Positions 13,346 through 26,621 of a stretch of 64,000 bases of DNA are shown here, one piece after another. The stretch lies in NCBI RefSeq assembly GCF_006345805.1, contig NC_042999.1, positions 133,982,001 through 134,046,000 on the forward strand. The letters run 5' to 3'. The stretch comes from Octopus sinensis (taxonomy: Eukaryota). The translations under genes and the position numbers were made by a program. Under the pieces are notes generated by a model. It was not told the DNA's origin. It saw nothing but the letters and a program-made list of their open reading frames with translations, and ran no database searches. The stretch's first letter is position 1. Each line of letters starts with the position of its first letter.

Positions 13346-13658
13346 ATGCGCCCATTTCAAACCTAGCCTGGCTCATGGGCCCAGTTTCCAGGTTTCTATG
13401 GCGTATGTGTTCCCCCCCCCCCCCAGCTGGACGGGACGCCAGTCCATCGCAGCGTTACTCAAGAAACAAGAAGAAAAGTGAGAGAAAGTTGGGGCGAAAG
13501 AGTACAACAGGGGTCGCCACCACCCCCTGCCGGAGCATCGTGGAGCTTTAGGTGTTTTCGCTCAATAAACACACACACAACGCCTGGTCTGGGAATCGAA
13601 ACCGCGATCCTCCGACCGCGAGTCTACTGCCCTAACCACTGGGCCATTGCGCCTCCAC
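13346..13658 (-). mobile_element. tRNA-derived SINE, head H1 + tail T2
   Basis: 13461-13658 is the rc of the head/body at 24580-24775; 13346-13460 is the rc of the tail at 63760-63862. Confidence 0.85.
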
Positions 13659-13948
13659 AATAACAACAACAACAACAACAATAACAATAATAATAATGAT
13701 AATAATAGTAATAGTAATAGTAATAATAATAATAATGATAATAATGATAATATGATATAAATTTTGACTCTATATCTTCAGGAGGAGTTACCTCAATCCT
13801 TTCTATATTAGCCAAAATGAAGTAGATTGACAAATTTTTTTTTTGAGCCAGTTGAAGACACACAAGACGTCGAAATATCGTTCACTAGATAACAATGGCA
13901 CTCTTCTTTTAATTTTGACTCTAATAATAATAATAATAATACGAAGAA

Positions 13949-13986
<38 letters not shown>

Positions 13987-13989
13987 ATA

Positions 13990-14410
13990 CATCAACTCCT
14001 GTACTCAACTGGTACTTATTTCATCGAACCCTAAAAGATGAATGGCAATGTCGTCCTTGGCGGAATTTGAACTCAGAACGTAAGGACGGATGAAATATCG
14101 CCAAGCATTTCGCCCAGCATGTTAACGATTCTGCCACCTCACCACCACCACCACCACCACCACCACCACCACAACAACAATAATAATCCTTTCTACTAAA
14201 GGCAGAAGGCCTAAACTTTGTGTGTGTGGGGGTGGGGTGAATTAGTCGATTACATCGATACCAGTGTTTTACTGGTACTTGATTTATCGACCCCGAAAGA
14301 ATGAAAAGATAAAGTCGACCCCGGCGGAATTTGCGCAGAACATGAAGACGGGCGAAATGACGCTAAGCATCTTGCCTGACGTACTAAAGATTCTGCCACT
14401 TCTCCACCTT
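13990..14410 (-). mobile_element. Two adjacent SINE family C copies (Meta-domain-like body)
   Basis: Both contain actggtactt..ttcatcga/atcgaccc..aaag.atgaa and ggcggaatttg blocks that match the family C copies at 50358-50941. Confidence 0.75.
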
Positions 14411-14801
14411 ATGTATTTTATTTTACGTTGAAGAAAATAATAATAATAATAATAAATTTTGTAAAATAAGTGTCATTTTTAAGCCTCTGGGCAGAACATA
14501 AATCTGCATGAAATTTCTGTTGGAAACTCTTAGTGTTTATCCCTTTATAACAGGAAGTCTGTATCATAGAACAAAAAGCGGTCTCAGGTTGATTATCATC
14601 GAAACGGTTACGTGAACCCCAGTGTTTGACTGGTAGTTTCCTCGACTGTAAGAGGATGAATGAGATAGAGTGTTTTATGAAACTAATCCATTACAATACC
14701 GTAAAAAGAAGGATAGGCGGCGGAAGCAATCAATATTGACAGGAAACATAACATGCCGACGATGATTGCGAAAACTGCAGCAGCAACAAGAGCAAAAACT
14801 A

Positions 14802-14863
<62 letters not shown>

Positions 14864-14881
14864 GCTACCACCACCACCACC

Positions 14882-14914
<33 letters not shown>

Positions 14915-15102
14915 ATACTGCTGCTACCACCACCACCACCACCACCACACCACCACCACCACTACCATCACTACTACTACTACTAATACTGCTGCTACCA
15001 CCACTACTACTACTACCACCACCATTACTACTTCTACTACAACTACTACCACCACCACCACCACCACTACTACCACAACCACCGCCACCACCGCCGCCGG
15101 CG

Positions 15103-15173
<71 letters not shown>

Positions 15174-15707
15174 GCTGCTGCTGCTACAGCAACAGCAAAA
15201 ACAGCTGCAACTGCTGACAGAGAAAACGATTGAAAGAGCGAGTGAAAGAGCGAAGTCGTCTTAAAGACAAGGCTGTGATGGAACTATAAAGATAGTCAGG
15301 AAAATGGTGAAAAATGGTGGGTGGAATAATATACAGCATTTAACTGGCATTAATTCAATGTGAAATCATGAAACTAATTATAGTAACTGATGCAGTGCGC
15401 TGGCTTTATAGAGAAGATGCCAAGATGTCTGTTGTCTGTCAGTATCTGACATGTTCATGCGACAATACCTGCAGGAGTTATTAACTGAATATTGTTGAAC
15501 AAGTTGCTCACATGTCAACAGGACAATTCTATTGATACAGCTTCTAAACATTCGATTAGCAAATCATTTAGATTTCTCATTGACTTGTGACGTTCTACAC
15601 GTTGTTGTTGCTGTTGTTGTTGGTGGTGGTGGAAATAGTATTGTTGTTGTTGTTGTTGATAAATTTGTAGTAATGGCGTTTTTCTTCCTTGCTGTGGTAG
15701 TCGTTGC

Positions 15708-15802
<95 letters not shown>

Positions 15803-15830
15803 ACAGTGGTGGTGGTAATGGTAGTAGTAA

Positions 15831-15867
<37 letters not shown>

Positions 15868-15904
15868 GTTATTGTTGTTGCTGCTGTAGTTAGCATTCCT
15901 ATTA

Positions 15905-16188
15905 GGTGTGTTTTATTACCCACAAGGAGCTAAACACAGAGAGGACAAACAAGGACAGACAAAGGGATTAAGTCGATTACATCGACCCCAGTGCGTAACT
16001 GGTACTTAATTTATCGACCTCGAAAGGATGAAAGGCAAAGTCGACCTCGGCGGAATTTGAACTCAGAACGTGACGGCAGATGAAATACCTATTTCCTTAC
16101 TAGCCACAAGGGGCTAAACACAGAGAGGACAAACAAGGACAGACATTTCGCCCGGTGTGCTAACGGTTCTGCCAGCTCGCCGCCTTCC
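15905..16188 (-). mobile_element. SINE family C with a partial internal tandem duplication
   Basis: cccacaagg.gctaaacacagagaggacaaacaaggacagac occurs twice; the 5' head ends ctgccagctcgccgcct. Confidence 0.85.
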
Positions 16189-16651
16189 TGTTAGGAGTGT
16201 TAGTGACGTGTGGTTTCATCGTTTTTGCTGTGGCGACTCCTTATAGACTCCTAACAATTAACACTTGTTGTTATTGCTGCTTTTATGGCGTTAGTAATTT
16301 TCGTTGCAGTTGTTAGTATGATTGCTTGTCGTTGAAGTCCTTTAGAATAGGCGAAATAGTTAACAAGTTCGCTTCGCAATCACGAAGAACCAAGTTCAAT
16401 TCCATTGGCAGGCATGTTGGATAGATGACCTTTTTTTTTTAACAATAGCTTTGGTTCACTCCTAGGTTTCATGTGTAGAAATGGGTAGACGGAAACGGTG
16501 TGGAAGCCCGTCAGAGGGATGGTATCTGAAAATTTACCACCCACGTTGTTTCTGTTTGAGGATTACTTTAAGGATACACACGTCTGTGGAGTATTCAGCC
16601 ACATACCAGCAATTGCAATTGCAGGTGATTCAATTAATCAAAGAACATATA

Positions 16652-16866
16652 TTGAGTTGTTCGGAAAGTTCGTGCCGATTTATAGTAGCTTACCTTTCGA
16701 TTTACCCTCCCAGGCACCTCAATTCTGGGAAGAGAGTATTTTCAAGTTAAAGGAAAGATTGTGCAAAAAAATGGTTCATATTTGGTTGATTAAAAATGTA
16801 ATGGCAAGTATTTATTGGCCTTTTTCTTTCCTTTAAAAATCGGCACGAACTTTCCGGACAACCCAA
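16652..16866 (+). mobile_element. Internally deleted mariner (MITE-sized)
   Basis: TA flanks; TIRs ttgagttgttcggaaagttcgtgccgattt / aaatcggcacgaactttccggacaacccaa; retains only the transposase C-terminal end (APQFWEESIFKLKER). Confidence 0.85.
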
Positions 16867-17029
16867 TATATCGCCGAAAACGACAGCCATCTATTTTCTA
16901 ACAACCGATATCTTTGTTCTGATTGCGTTTGGTGTCGTTATTGTTCATGTTATTCCTTTTATTGTTGCAGTGGTTCTTATGGCCGTTGTTTATTGATAAC
17001 CGTTGCTGTTGGTTACATTTTCTTATTCC

Positions 17030-17513
<484 letters not shown>

Positions 17514-17774
17514 TAGACAAATATTTCTGAATAATATAATATAGTATCGGGTGTTTCATAATGGTGGGACCTATTCTAAACGCAAGTAAGTACTGGAACA
17601 AGCACATTATAAATTATAATTATATGCGTTACATATATAGAGCACGCTGCGACTTTAATCTGTTTCTATATGTTTTTGTTCTTACATTTGTGCTACTCTT
17701 TATGCAGACTCATACACATGCATATTCGCAAATATATTTATACACTCAGTGTGTCACCCATACTTCTGAAATAA

Positions 17775-18480
17775 GAGGAGTGTGGTCTAGTTGTCAGGGA
17801 GTTGTTCTCATGATTACAAGATTGTGGTTTCGATTTTCGAATCAGCAATGAGCTGTGTTCCTGAGCAAAACATTTCATTTCACATTGCTCCAGTTCACTC
17901 ACCGTAAAAGGGGTAACTCTGCGACGGATTGGCGATCTGTTTAAGGGGGATGGGATCTTTTCGGTTTGAACGGCAGTTTTAGGTAACTAAAAAATTTTGA
18001 ACTTCGTATACTGGTAGGATGTGTTTATAAAACATCTTTTTCCCATGACTTTATTGAAAAAATTCTATAGTTTGTAAGATATTTGTTGTTTTTTTTCTTC
18101 AATTTCTGCAATTTCAACCAATCAATTACGTCTATTGAGGTAAAAAAAACATTCTGCGCCGTATGAATATGTCCCACGTTTAAGAAACAGATTGGGTTTA
18201 TTTACATTTGGGAAGAAAATAAGATACCCTTCCCCCCACCCCTAACCCTAACCCAAAACCCAACCCTAAACTAACCCTAACCCTAAAACAGATAGAAATG
18301 CAATAGATCGATACTAGGGTCATAATTATGGGTGACAATTTCATATGACACCGCTAGAAAAAACTACCGTTCAAACCGAAAAGATCCGGGGGATGATGGC
18401 CACCCACCCAACCAGCATGGTGGCATCATTCGAACGTCACAGTGATGAGAGGGAGCGCATTGTGACAAGCGGTGTATAAC
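17775..18480 (+). mobile_element. H2/CORE-like SINE interrupted by a MITE
   Basis: gtgtggtctagttgtcaggg...gtttcgatt...gtgttcctgagcaaaacatttcatttcacattgctccag; interrupted at 17953-18387. Confidence 0.65.
17953..18387. mobile_element. Non-autonomous DNA transposon (Merlin-like MITE) with internal (TAACCC)n-like tract
   Basis: TIR ggatcttttcggtttgaacggcagtttt / aaaactaccgttcaaaccgaaaagatcc; perfect 8-bp TSD gggggatg (17945-17952, 18388-18395). Confidence 0.85.
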
Positions 18481-18559
18481 AACATATAATGGTCTGATAG
18501 ATACGTTTATACAGTGATGTGCTTGTGTGTCTTTGTTTGCTTATTTGACAAGCCCTTTG

Positions 18560-18712
18560 ATTCGAGATCGTGTGTTGAAACGGAAACGCATTATTTCAGC
18601 CATTTCAGAACTCACAAAGATCTGTTATATTCATTTCCTGATTCGTTTATAAAAGCAGAGAGTATTATATCAAAATATTTCGTCGTACTTCTGAGATCTG
18701 GTCACTGACACT
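18560..18712 (-). mobile_element. Diverged relative of the 38510-39115 hammerhead element
   Basis: Shares gagatcgtgtg.tgaaacg.aaac and caaaatattt(t)cgtcg...c.tg.tcactgaca with 38541-38692. Confidence 0.55.
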
Positions 18713-19341
18713 ATTTCACAGCGTCTGTTGAAAAAAGAAAATCTGTTACTGGCGTGATTTTATATCTCCTGGGAGGGCGTTCATTTCTTTCGATCGACTT
18801 CCATTCTTTTTCTCCCATTCTCTCTCACTCCATCTTTCACTCTTCTTGTTTTCTCTTTTTTGTTCTTACAAAATTCAAATTTCCACATTTTTGTTTAATA
18901 TATTTTATACTGGTTAATTTCTTTTTTATCTTTTTTCTCTCTCTCTTTTAAAATTTTTTTGCTACTGTTGAACTTTGAACATTTGTGTCGACTGTATTAT
19001 TGTCGTTTTAACTTTTGACATGTGGTTCTTTAGTCAGTATCAGATTCAAGTCCTCTGTTTTTCACTCTATAACTTGCAATGTATATTCAACTCATTCTCG
19101 TTATTCCTTCTTTATCCGTAAATACTACTTGTTTTTTCCTGTTGGCGCCTGCTCTGAACGTTTGGAGATGTCATTCTCTTTGTATACAAATTGCTCGCAA
19201 TTACGATTGTAATAACTACTCATAGTACATGTCTGTTAACATTATATTCTTTCTAAATTGATGTAGTTGACCGATATGATGAAATAAAAGTAAAATAAAT
19301 AACTAGATCAAATAAAGTATACTTATATATAAGTATACTTA

Positions 19342-19730
19342 TCTCTCTATATATAAAACTGAGAATGTGTGTCTGTGTGTCTGTCTGTCTGTGTGTTTCC
19401 CTAAAACTTGAGAAATACTCAACCAATTTCATTCAATTTTACACATGCCTTACTTAAGGTGAGTGTCATCGGCAAAAAATTTTAACTTTTTCCCTAGGGC
19501 GACCCCACAGCAATATCATATCATCACTATTTCAGTATTACGTGTTAAAAGTGAAACAAAAACATCTCTATATTGTAATGCAGACATTCACTTTAATACT
19601 GAAACTATTAAAGTGAAAGTACCATATAATAGGGATGAACCATTAACAGTGGTCATCCATTTTGCTAGAAGAAGATCCGCTATGGTCTTATATGCCACAC
19701 CACTGGTTTTCAATTCGTATTAATCAAATT
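19342..19730 (+). mobile_element. Non-autonomous Helitron-like element, 5' portion
   Basis: A|TC start (atctctctatatataaaactgagaatgtgtgtctg), then (GTCT)n-like tract and caaccaatttcattcaattttacac, typical of Helitron-N 5' ends. Confidence 0.5.
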
Positions 19731-19753
19731 AATATTCAATTTTTCACCCTTAT

Positions 19754-19800
<47 letters not shown>

Positions 19801-21085
19801 TAGCAATTCGTATAAAATTGCATCAATGACTTGAACTTGAATAAGTGGTTTCACATAAATGGGAATAAATTAAAAAGGTTTGTTGTTATTATTATTACTG
19901 TTTGACTATTGTAATCACATTTGTAGATGTATTTCTATAGATATACATGTATATGTAAACATGTATGTCTAGATGTGTATATAGATGTACATGTAATATG
20001 TACACATATATATATATACACATATATACATGCATACATATATACACCCATACACACATACCGATACACCCACCCACCCACACACACAAACACACACACA
20101 CACAAGTGCAGGTGTGGCTGTGTGGTAACAAACTTGGTTCCAAAACACTTCGTCCTCAGTTCAGTCCCACTGTGTGGTAACTTGGTATGTGTCTTCTGCT
20201 ATAGCATCATACCAGCCAGAGCTCGCTCTGGGCGCCATTGGGGCGACTGTACACAGCTACCAGCCAACAGTCGACGCTATAACATTGGTGTCACTATTAC
20301 AAACGGTTAGGTTGGGTTGGGTTGGGTTGGGTTGGGTTGGGTTGGGCTGGGTTGGGAGAATTTCCATTATATATTGGGAACTATAGCCCGAAGGCAGCAT
20401 AAAAAAAGCAACCCTTCCTCAATTGTTGGCAGATTTACCTACTCCGCCTTGCGAGCAGTGGAACAAGATGCGTCTTCGTCAAAGCAATTGCTCCTCCAAA
20501 GCCAATTAAATAAAATTTGAGATATGTGGAACGTCAAACCTACTAACAAAAGCAGGACAGTGAAAACATTCGGTAAGGGCTGTTTAACCCTAACGGGGTG
20601 AAGTGGTGAACGCTGGAGAAAAAAAGCTTTGTCAAGAGACCGACAAGAATGCGTGTTATAGTTATAAACTGAACAAGAAGAAAAAGAATTACATTTAGAA
20701 ATAGAGATCTAAAATTATTGAGGACAGAATTTGTGTTAGAAATAGAGAACTATAAATATTGTATTATGCATAAAGTTGTGGCTTACATTCGGGGCTTCCA
20801 ATTTCTCTGTAAAATATAAGATAGTCACAAAATCATCGCACATGTCACCATCGATTACAAACACCGGTGGAAGATAAAAGTTCCAGAGGACATTCTTGTT
20901 CTTTCGTTTGTACAAGGATCGTATTATGTTTCGGTTTAAAATAAATTATAGATAAAAATATAATGTATAGAAATATATAAAAACCAGAATAGAAAATAAG
21001 CGTCTTAGGCATATAAAATGAGATAGCATGAGATATCAAGGTGTTATAAACTTGAAACCTACTAGAATATCATAGATTATATATA

Positions 21086-23499
21086 TCAAGTCATCCAATC
21101 AGTTCTGTCCAATTTTACCTTTTTTTAGATTTGAATGAAATTTAATAGTATTTTCAAATGTCTAATTTAATTAAAAATTATTTTTATGCATTTGTGTACG
21201 TTTAAACTAATTCAATATTGTTTTACAAAATAATAGAGGGTGTCCACAAAGTCTGCGTACATGGGGATTAACACATACTTTTAAAACAAACCAATTTTAT
21301 TTAATTATAATGTTAATAAATAATATTTTCAAAGTGATTTCCATCATTTTTCAATGCATAGCTTGATGCACCTTGCAAAATTCAGGTGAACTTGATTAAA
21401 TAAATCTACATTGCCATCAATTTTAGCACACTGACTGGTAATGCGTTCTCTCATGTGTTTTAAATCTGTAATCTTTATTGTAATTTTTCTCTTTCAACAT
21501 ACCACAGAAAAAGAAATCAAGGGTAGAAAGGTCTGGTGAACGAGGGGACCTTTCCATATGAGCCCTTCTTCCAATCCAGTGAGGAAAAGTGTCATTAAGC
21601 CCATCCTGCTGAAATCAATTCGGAAGGCCCCGCCTAGGTGCTCAGTTTGAGATATTAATTTGTCTCTCAATATGTTTACATAAGTCTCATCCGTTACATG
21701 TTCAATGAAGAAGGGTCCTAGAACATGAGCTTTCACAAACCACACCACACCATCACCTTTTTGCTGCCTTGCTTTTTGGATGGATCCATCCAATGTGGAT
21801 TACCTCGACACCAGTATAGAAGATTCTGTCTGTTGACCTCACCATTTACATAAAACGTAGCTTTGTCACTGAACAACACAAAGTTTTTCGTAAAATTGAT
21901 ATTTCATCCAATTTATCTGAAAACCATTCGCACGTCTACATTCGTCTATCAGGGTCATCTTCATTTAAGTGATGCAATATCTGTAGGTTGTATCGATGAA
22001 ACTTTTCTTCAAACAGCATTTTGTGGATGGTTGGTTTTGGAACACCTAACACCGTGGATGTCCGACGAAGTGATTTCTTTGGGCTAGCAGAAACTTTAGC
22101 CACGACAGCCTCTTTCGTTTCATCTGAAGTCTTTGGTCGCCTGGAACGGGGTTTATCCAAAACACTGCCTGTTTCTTTAAATTTCTTGATCAATTTCCCG
22201 ACGGCAGTAAAAAAAATAGGTTACCTATAAGGGTATGGAAGACTAAATTCTTCCGCAATTTTGCGATAAGACCATCCCTCTCGTCCACCTAATAATACTA
22301 ACTCGAGTCTCTCTTCTTTAGACAGATCCATCATTCGATCTGGGATTCTTTCTTTAGACAGAGCCATCATTCGATCATCTGTGGAAAAAATAACAAATAA
22401 ATTTAGAAAAGTAAAGTATTTTTTTTATTTAATTTAAACAAAAGTAAAAAAGGAAATTATTTCTTATATTTGTTTATGTTATGATTTTATTCCATGTACC
22501 CAGACTTCGTGGACACCCTAAAATTGCTTTGATTAAAACCCTTTCAACGTGGACATATCCAAGGAGCACATATAATTCTTTATGAGTACAATAAAGGTAA
22601 CTCTGCAGCCGAAGTGACTCGAAACATACACTCAGTTTATGGGAAAGTGCTTGAATGAAAGAACTTGCAGGAGATCGTTTGCAAAATTGAAGATGAATAT
22701 CGAATAGGATGTCCAGTTGAGTTTGATGATAAGCTCCTTGAGGCATTACTGGAAGAGAATCCGTCATTATCAGTTGAAGAATTGGCAAAGCTTACATACA
22801 ACAGTTCATCGTCATCATCAACAACGTGGAAAGATTCCTAAACTTGGAAAATAGGTGCCTCATGTATTGTCCGAAAGCAACCGCAAATCCCGAGTTGACA
22901 TCTGCTCTTCTCTCCATTCTCGCAAACTCATTTCACCCTTTTTCGATAGACTTGTGACGAAAAATGGATTTTCTATCGAAATGTTAAACGTTGTAAACAG
23001 TGGCTTGGTAAAAGGGAACAATCTAATGCAACAATCAATGCTCAAGTCTACTGTCAGCAATTAGAGAGTTTGAACCAAGCTTTGAAGGAAAAAAGAGCCG
23101 CTTTAGTGAGTCGAAAACGAGTGATGTTTCATCAGGACGATGCGCAACTCCACACTGCAAAGATCACATCACAGAAGATCGAAGAGGTCGGTTCGGAAAA
23201 ATTTCTTCATCCAACTTATTCTCCCGACCTTACTCCTTCAGGATACCATTTGTTTCATAGTTTAGAGAATTATTAGGGGGACGGAACTTTCGCAAACCAG
23301 GAGGAGGTCGAACCTGACATTTCAGAGTTCTTCGCTTTGAAACCAAAAGAGTTTTACATTGATGGGATTAAAAAGCTTGTAAATAGATGGAAGTAAGTCA
23401 TAGATAATCAGGGAAAGTACATTGATGATTAACTTTCAATAACATTTGATCACTTGGATCTTTATCCAAAATTCGGTCAGAAATTATGGGATGACCTGA
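21086..23499 (+). mobile_element. mariner (DD34D) element, decayed, with a nested insertion
   Basis: TIRs tcaagtcatccaatcagttctgtcc / ggtcagaaattatgggatgacctga; transposase remnants at 22550-23430 (VPHVLSESNR, MFHQDDAQLHTA, HPTYSPDLTPSGYHLFHSLENY). Confidence 0.85.
21236..22520 (-). mobile_element. Tc1/mariner-superfamily element, DD41D (rosa)-like, decayed
   Basis: TIRs gagggtgtccacaaagtctgcgtacatgg / ccatgtacccagacttcgtggacacccta. Minus-strand remnants IKKFKETGSVLDKPRSRRPKTS, QQDG...FPHWIGRR...PRSPDLSTLDFF; the D-D spacing is shortened by a deletion, so DD41D is inferred. Confidence 0.8.
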
Positions 23500-23507
23500 G
23501 ATATATA

Positions 23508-24216
23508 CACCGGCGAAAATATATTTAAGACCGACGATAAAAGTTCTATTTCTTACAAAATATTTTGTTACTAACACCATACAAATTATTTATATCTTTT
23601 ACACCTGATGCAAAATTTATTTCTCTTTCGAATGATGCAAACAATTTTTATACAACTTGAAGAATTCTAATGCTAAATTAATATATATTTATTTACTGCC
23701 CACAAGGAGCTAAACATAGAGGGGACAAACAAGGACGGATTAAGTCGATTATATCGACCATAGTAGGTAACTGGTACTTAATTTATCGACCCCGCAAGGA
23801 TGAAAGGCAAAGTCGACCTCGGAGGAATTTGAACTCAGAACGTAATATAAACGTTTCAAATTTACCGGCAAATTTAGTTTAAGACCATGTAATATGTATG
23901 CAATTTTTTTTGGTCAAAATGGGTGGTCACACAACGAGCACCATATAAAGTTGTAATTTGATGTTATTATACAATTTATTAATAATGGGAAAACAACGTA
24001 GCCTTAGTCCAGTCACGAGAGCAAAAATCGTATATTACATCAAAAAGTTTCCTTTTCGAACATCAGCAAGCAACTAAAGTGCAGTAAACCGGATTGCGTG
24101 CAAGCGTGGAGTTATACTCGGAGATTGGTCAATATAAAAATCGGCAAAGGACTAGTAACAATATTTTGCAAGAAATAGAACTTTTATCATCGGTCTTAAA
24201 TTTATTTTCGCCAGTA
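23508..24216. mobile_element. Non-autonomous TIR element with about 70-bp TIRs, containing a family C SINE fragment (23690-23845)
   Basis: caccggcgaaaatatatttaagaccgacgataaaagttctatttcttacaaaatatt matches the rc of 24145-24216. Confidence 0.65.
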
Positions 24217-24463
24217 TGTATATTATATATATATAATGTATATAATACGAGAATTTTAATGGAGATAACCTGCAGTATATAGTACAACATTTTTGTCTCC
24301 GTATATGAGCTAAGTATTAATAAAATGTGGTATACGATAAAAATTTCGGATATTTGTCTTAAAACATTCAGACAAGAAAATTCAGATGTAGCACATGAGG
24401 TATTATTCCATACGAATATACACATATTTATGTTAAGAGTTTCATGATAAAAATATAGAAATA

Positions 24464-25405
24464 TTGGGTTGTACGGAACGTTCGTGCCGATTATCTTTCG
24501 ACTTATTTTAGAAAATGTTTGAGTCCATAAAATAGGATTTGACTACACCTCCATTTAGAGCACAGTTTATATTTTCGTTGTGAAGGCGCAATGGCCCAGT
24601 GGTTAGGGCAGCGGACTCGCGGTCGGAGGATCGCGGTTTCAATTCCCAGACCGGGCATTGTGAGTGTTTATTGAGCGAAAACACCTAAAGCTCCACGAGG
24701 CTCCGGCAGGGGATGGTGGTGAACCCTGCTGTACTCTTTCACCACAACTTTCTCTCGCTCTTTCTTCCTGTTTCTCTTGTACCTGTATTTCAAAGGGCCA
24801 GCCTTGTCACAATCTGTGTCACGCTGAATATCCCCGAGAACTTCGTTAAGGGTACACGTGTCTGTGGAATGCTCAGCCACTTGCACGTTAATATCACGAG
24901 CAAGCTGTTCCGTTGATCGTATCAGCTGGGACCCTCATCGTCGCAACCGACGGAGTGCTCCATCTTTTCGTGGAAGAAAGTTTATGTTCCTATAACCTGT
25001 GTTAATTCTGTAACCCTTTAAAATAAAAGATGAGAAAGTTCATTTTCGGCACTTGATGCTTTGGGAGCCAGACAAAAATTGCTGCAGCTCGGCTGGGATG
25101 TGCTACCCCCACCCTCCCTATTCCCCAGATATTGCTCCTTCGGATTTCCACTTATTCAGGTCTCTGCAGAAAAGTCTTAATGGTAAAAATTTCAATTCCT
25201 TAGATAACGTAAAGATATACCTTGACGAATTCTTTGCCTTGAAACCACCTCAATTCTCGAAGAGGGTATTTTCAAGGTAAAGGAAAGATGGAGACGTATT
25301 GTGCAACGAAATGATTCAGATTTGGTTCATTAAAAATGTAATGGCAGGTATTTAGTGACCTTTACTTTCCTTTAAAAATCGGAACGAACTTTCCGGACAA
25401 CCCAA
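24464..25405 (+). mobile_element. Internally deleted mariner, same family as 16652-16866
   Basis: TA flanks; same TIRs; remnant HPPYSPDIAPSDFHLFRSLQKSLNGKNF. Confidence 0.9.
24580..24963 (+). mobile_element. tRNA-derived SINE, head H1 + tail T1, nested in mariner
   Basis: aaggcgcaatggcccagtggttagggcagcggactcgcgg...ggtttcaattcc (A/B boxes); possible ttttcgt TSD. Confidence 0.9.
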
Positions 25406-26119
25406 TATAAACACAACAATGAAATACGAATATAAACATGAAAAATAAAACCTAAATTGAAAGAGGCGATTAAAAATATTTTTCCTAACCTGTAGCCGTT
25501 TCAGAAAAGTGGTTGTACGAAGTATTCGAAATTCAGCCCTCCTTCCTCAGGGTTCCTTTCTCGAGGTAAAATCCAGCAAAAAGCATTAAGGCACTACATG
25601 GTGAGTATTCAGTTGGTGAAAGTTCAGTTTTTGAGTATCGATGAATAAGAAGATTACCACGTTTAAATAAGAAATGAAATTCATTGAAAGGTTAACTTTA
25701 GCTCATCATGCAAATAAAAGCCAATGGGAATATTCCACTCTCTACTATAAAAAAATAATTTAAGATTAGAGGTTTGTGCATAAGTGTTCATTGGATCTAA
25801 TGATCTAATTGGAACGTATTTTCAAAAAGCTTTTATATTCTAAAAAATTATATTTTAAAGTTTAAGAAAATTATAAGACGCTAAATATTTATGCTTACAA
25901 ATACTAAAATGTCTGTAATTTTTTATATAGGGGTCAATAAATAAATTCTTGCGTCCCCTATATCTAATTTTAAAATTAGTAGTACTCCCTATATAAATTT
26001 TCCTAAGTCCGGAGCATTAAACTAATAAACCTGTTTGGTGTTTACACATCTGTCTTCGTCTTTTGTTCGTTTCTTTTGTAAATTCCAAATATATATGTAT
26101 GTATGTGTGTGTGTATGCA

Positions 26120-26530
26120 TATACTCTTTTTACTCTTTTATTTGTTTCAGTCATTTGACTGCGGTCATGCTGGAGCACCGCCTTTAGTCGAGAAACTCGA
26201 CCCCGGGACTTATTCTTTTGTAAGCCCAATACTTATTCTATCGGTCTTTTTGCTGAACCGCTAAGTAACGGGGACATAAACACACCAGCATCGGTTGTCA
26301 AGCAATGCTAGGTGGACAAACACAGACACACAAACACACACACACGCATATATATACATATATACGACGGGCTTCTTTTCAGTTTCCGTCTACCAAATCC
26401 ACTCACAAGGCTTTGGTCGGCTCGAGGCTATAGTAGAAGACACTTGCCTAAGGTGCCACGCAGTGGGACTGAACCCGGAACCATGTGGCTGGTAAACAAG
26501 CTACTTACCACACATCCACTCCTGCGCCTA
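26120..26530 (-). mobile_element. SINE family A, young full-length copy
   Basis: Near-identical to 49225-49645. Confidence 0.9.
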
Positions 26531-26531
26531 T

Positions 26532-26562
<31 letters not shown>

Positions 26563-26621
26563 GGATTTCGTAGACAGGAACTGAAACAAATCGATCGTAT
26601 ATATATGTATGTGTATGTGTT

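Noticed and set aside
13590-13658. tRNA-like cloverleaf heads (also at 24580, 26460, 63614 and others)
   Set aside because: They have A/B boxes but run straight into multi-copy SINE bodies and lack proper acceptor stems, so they are SINE heads, not tRNA genes.
18238-18290. Telomeric-type repeats as evidence of a chromosome end or fusion
   Set aside because: Short, degenerate and internal to a TSD-bounded MITE.
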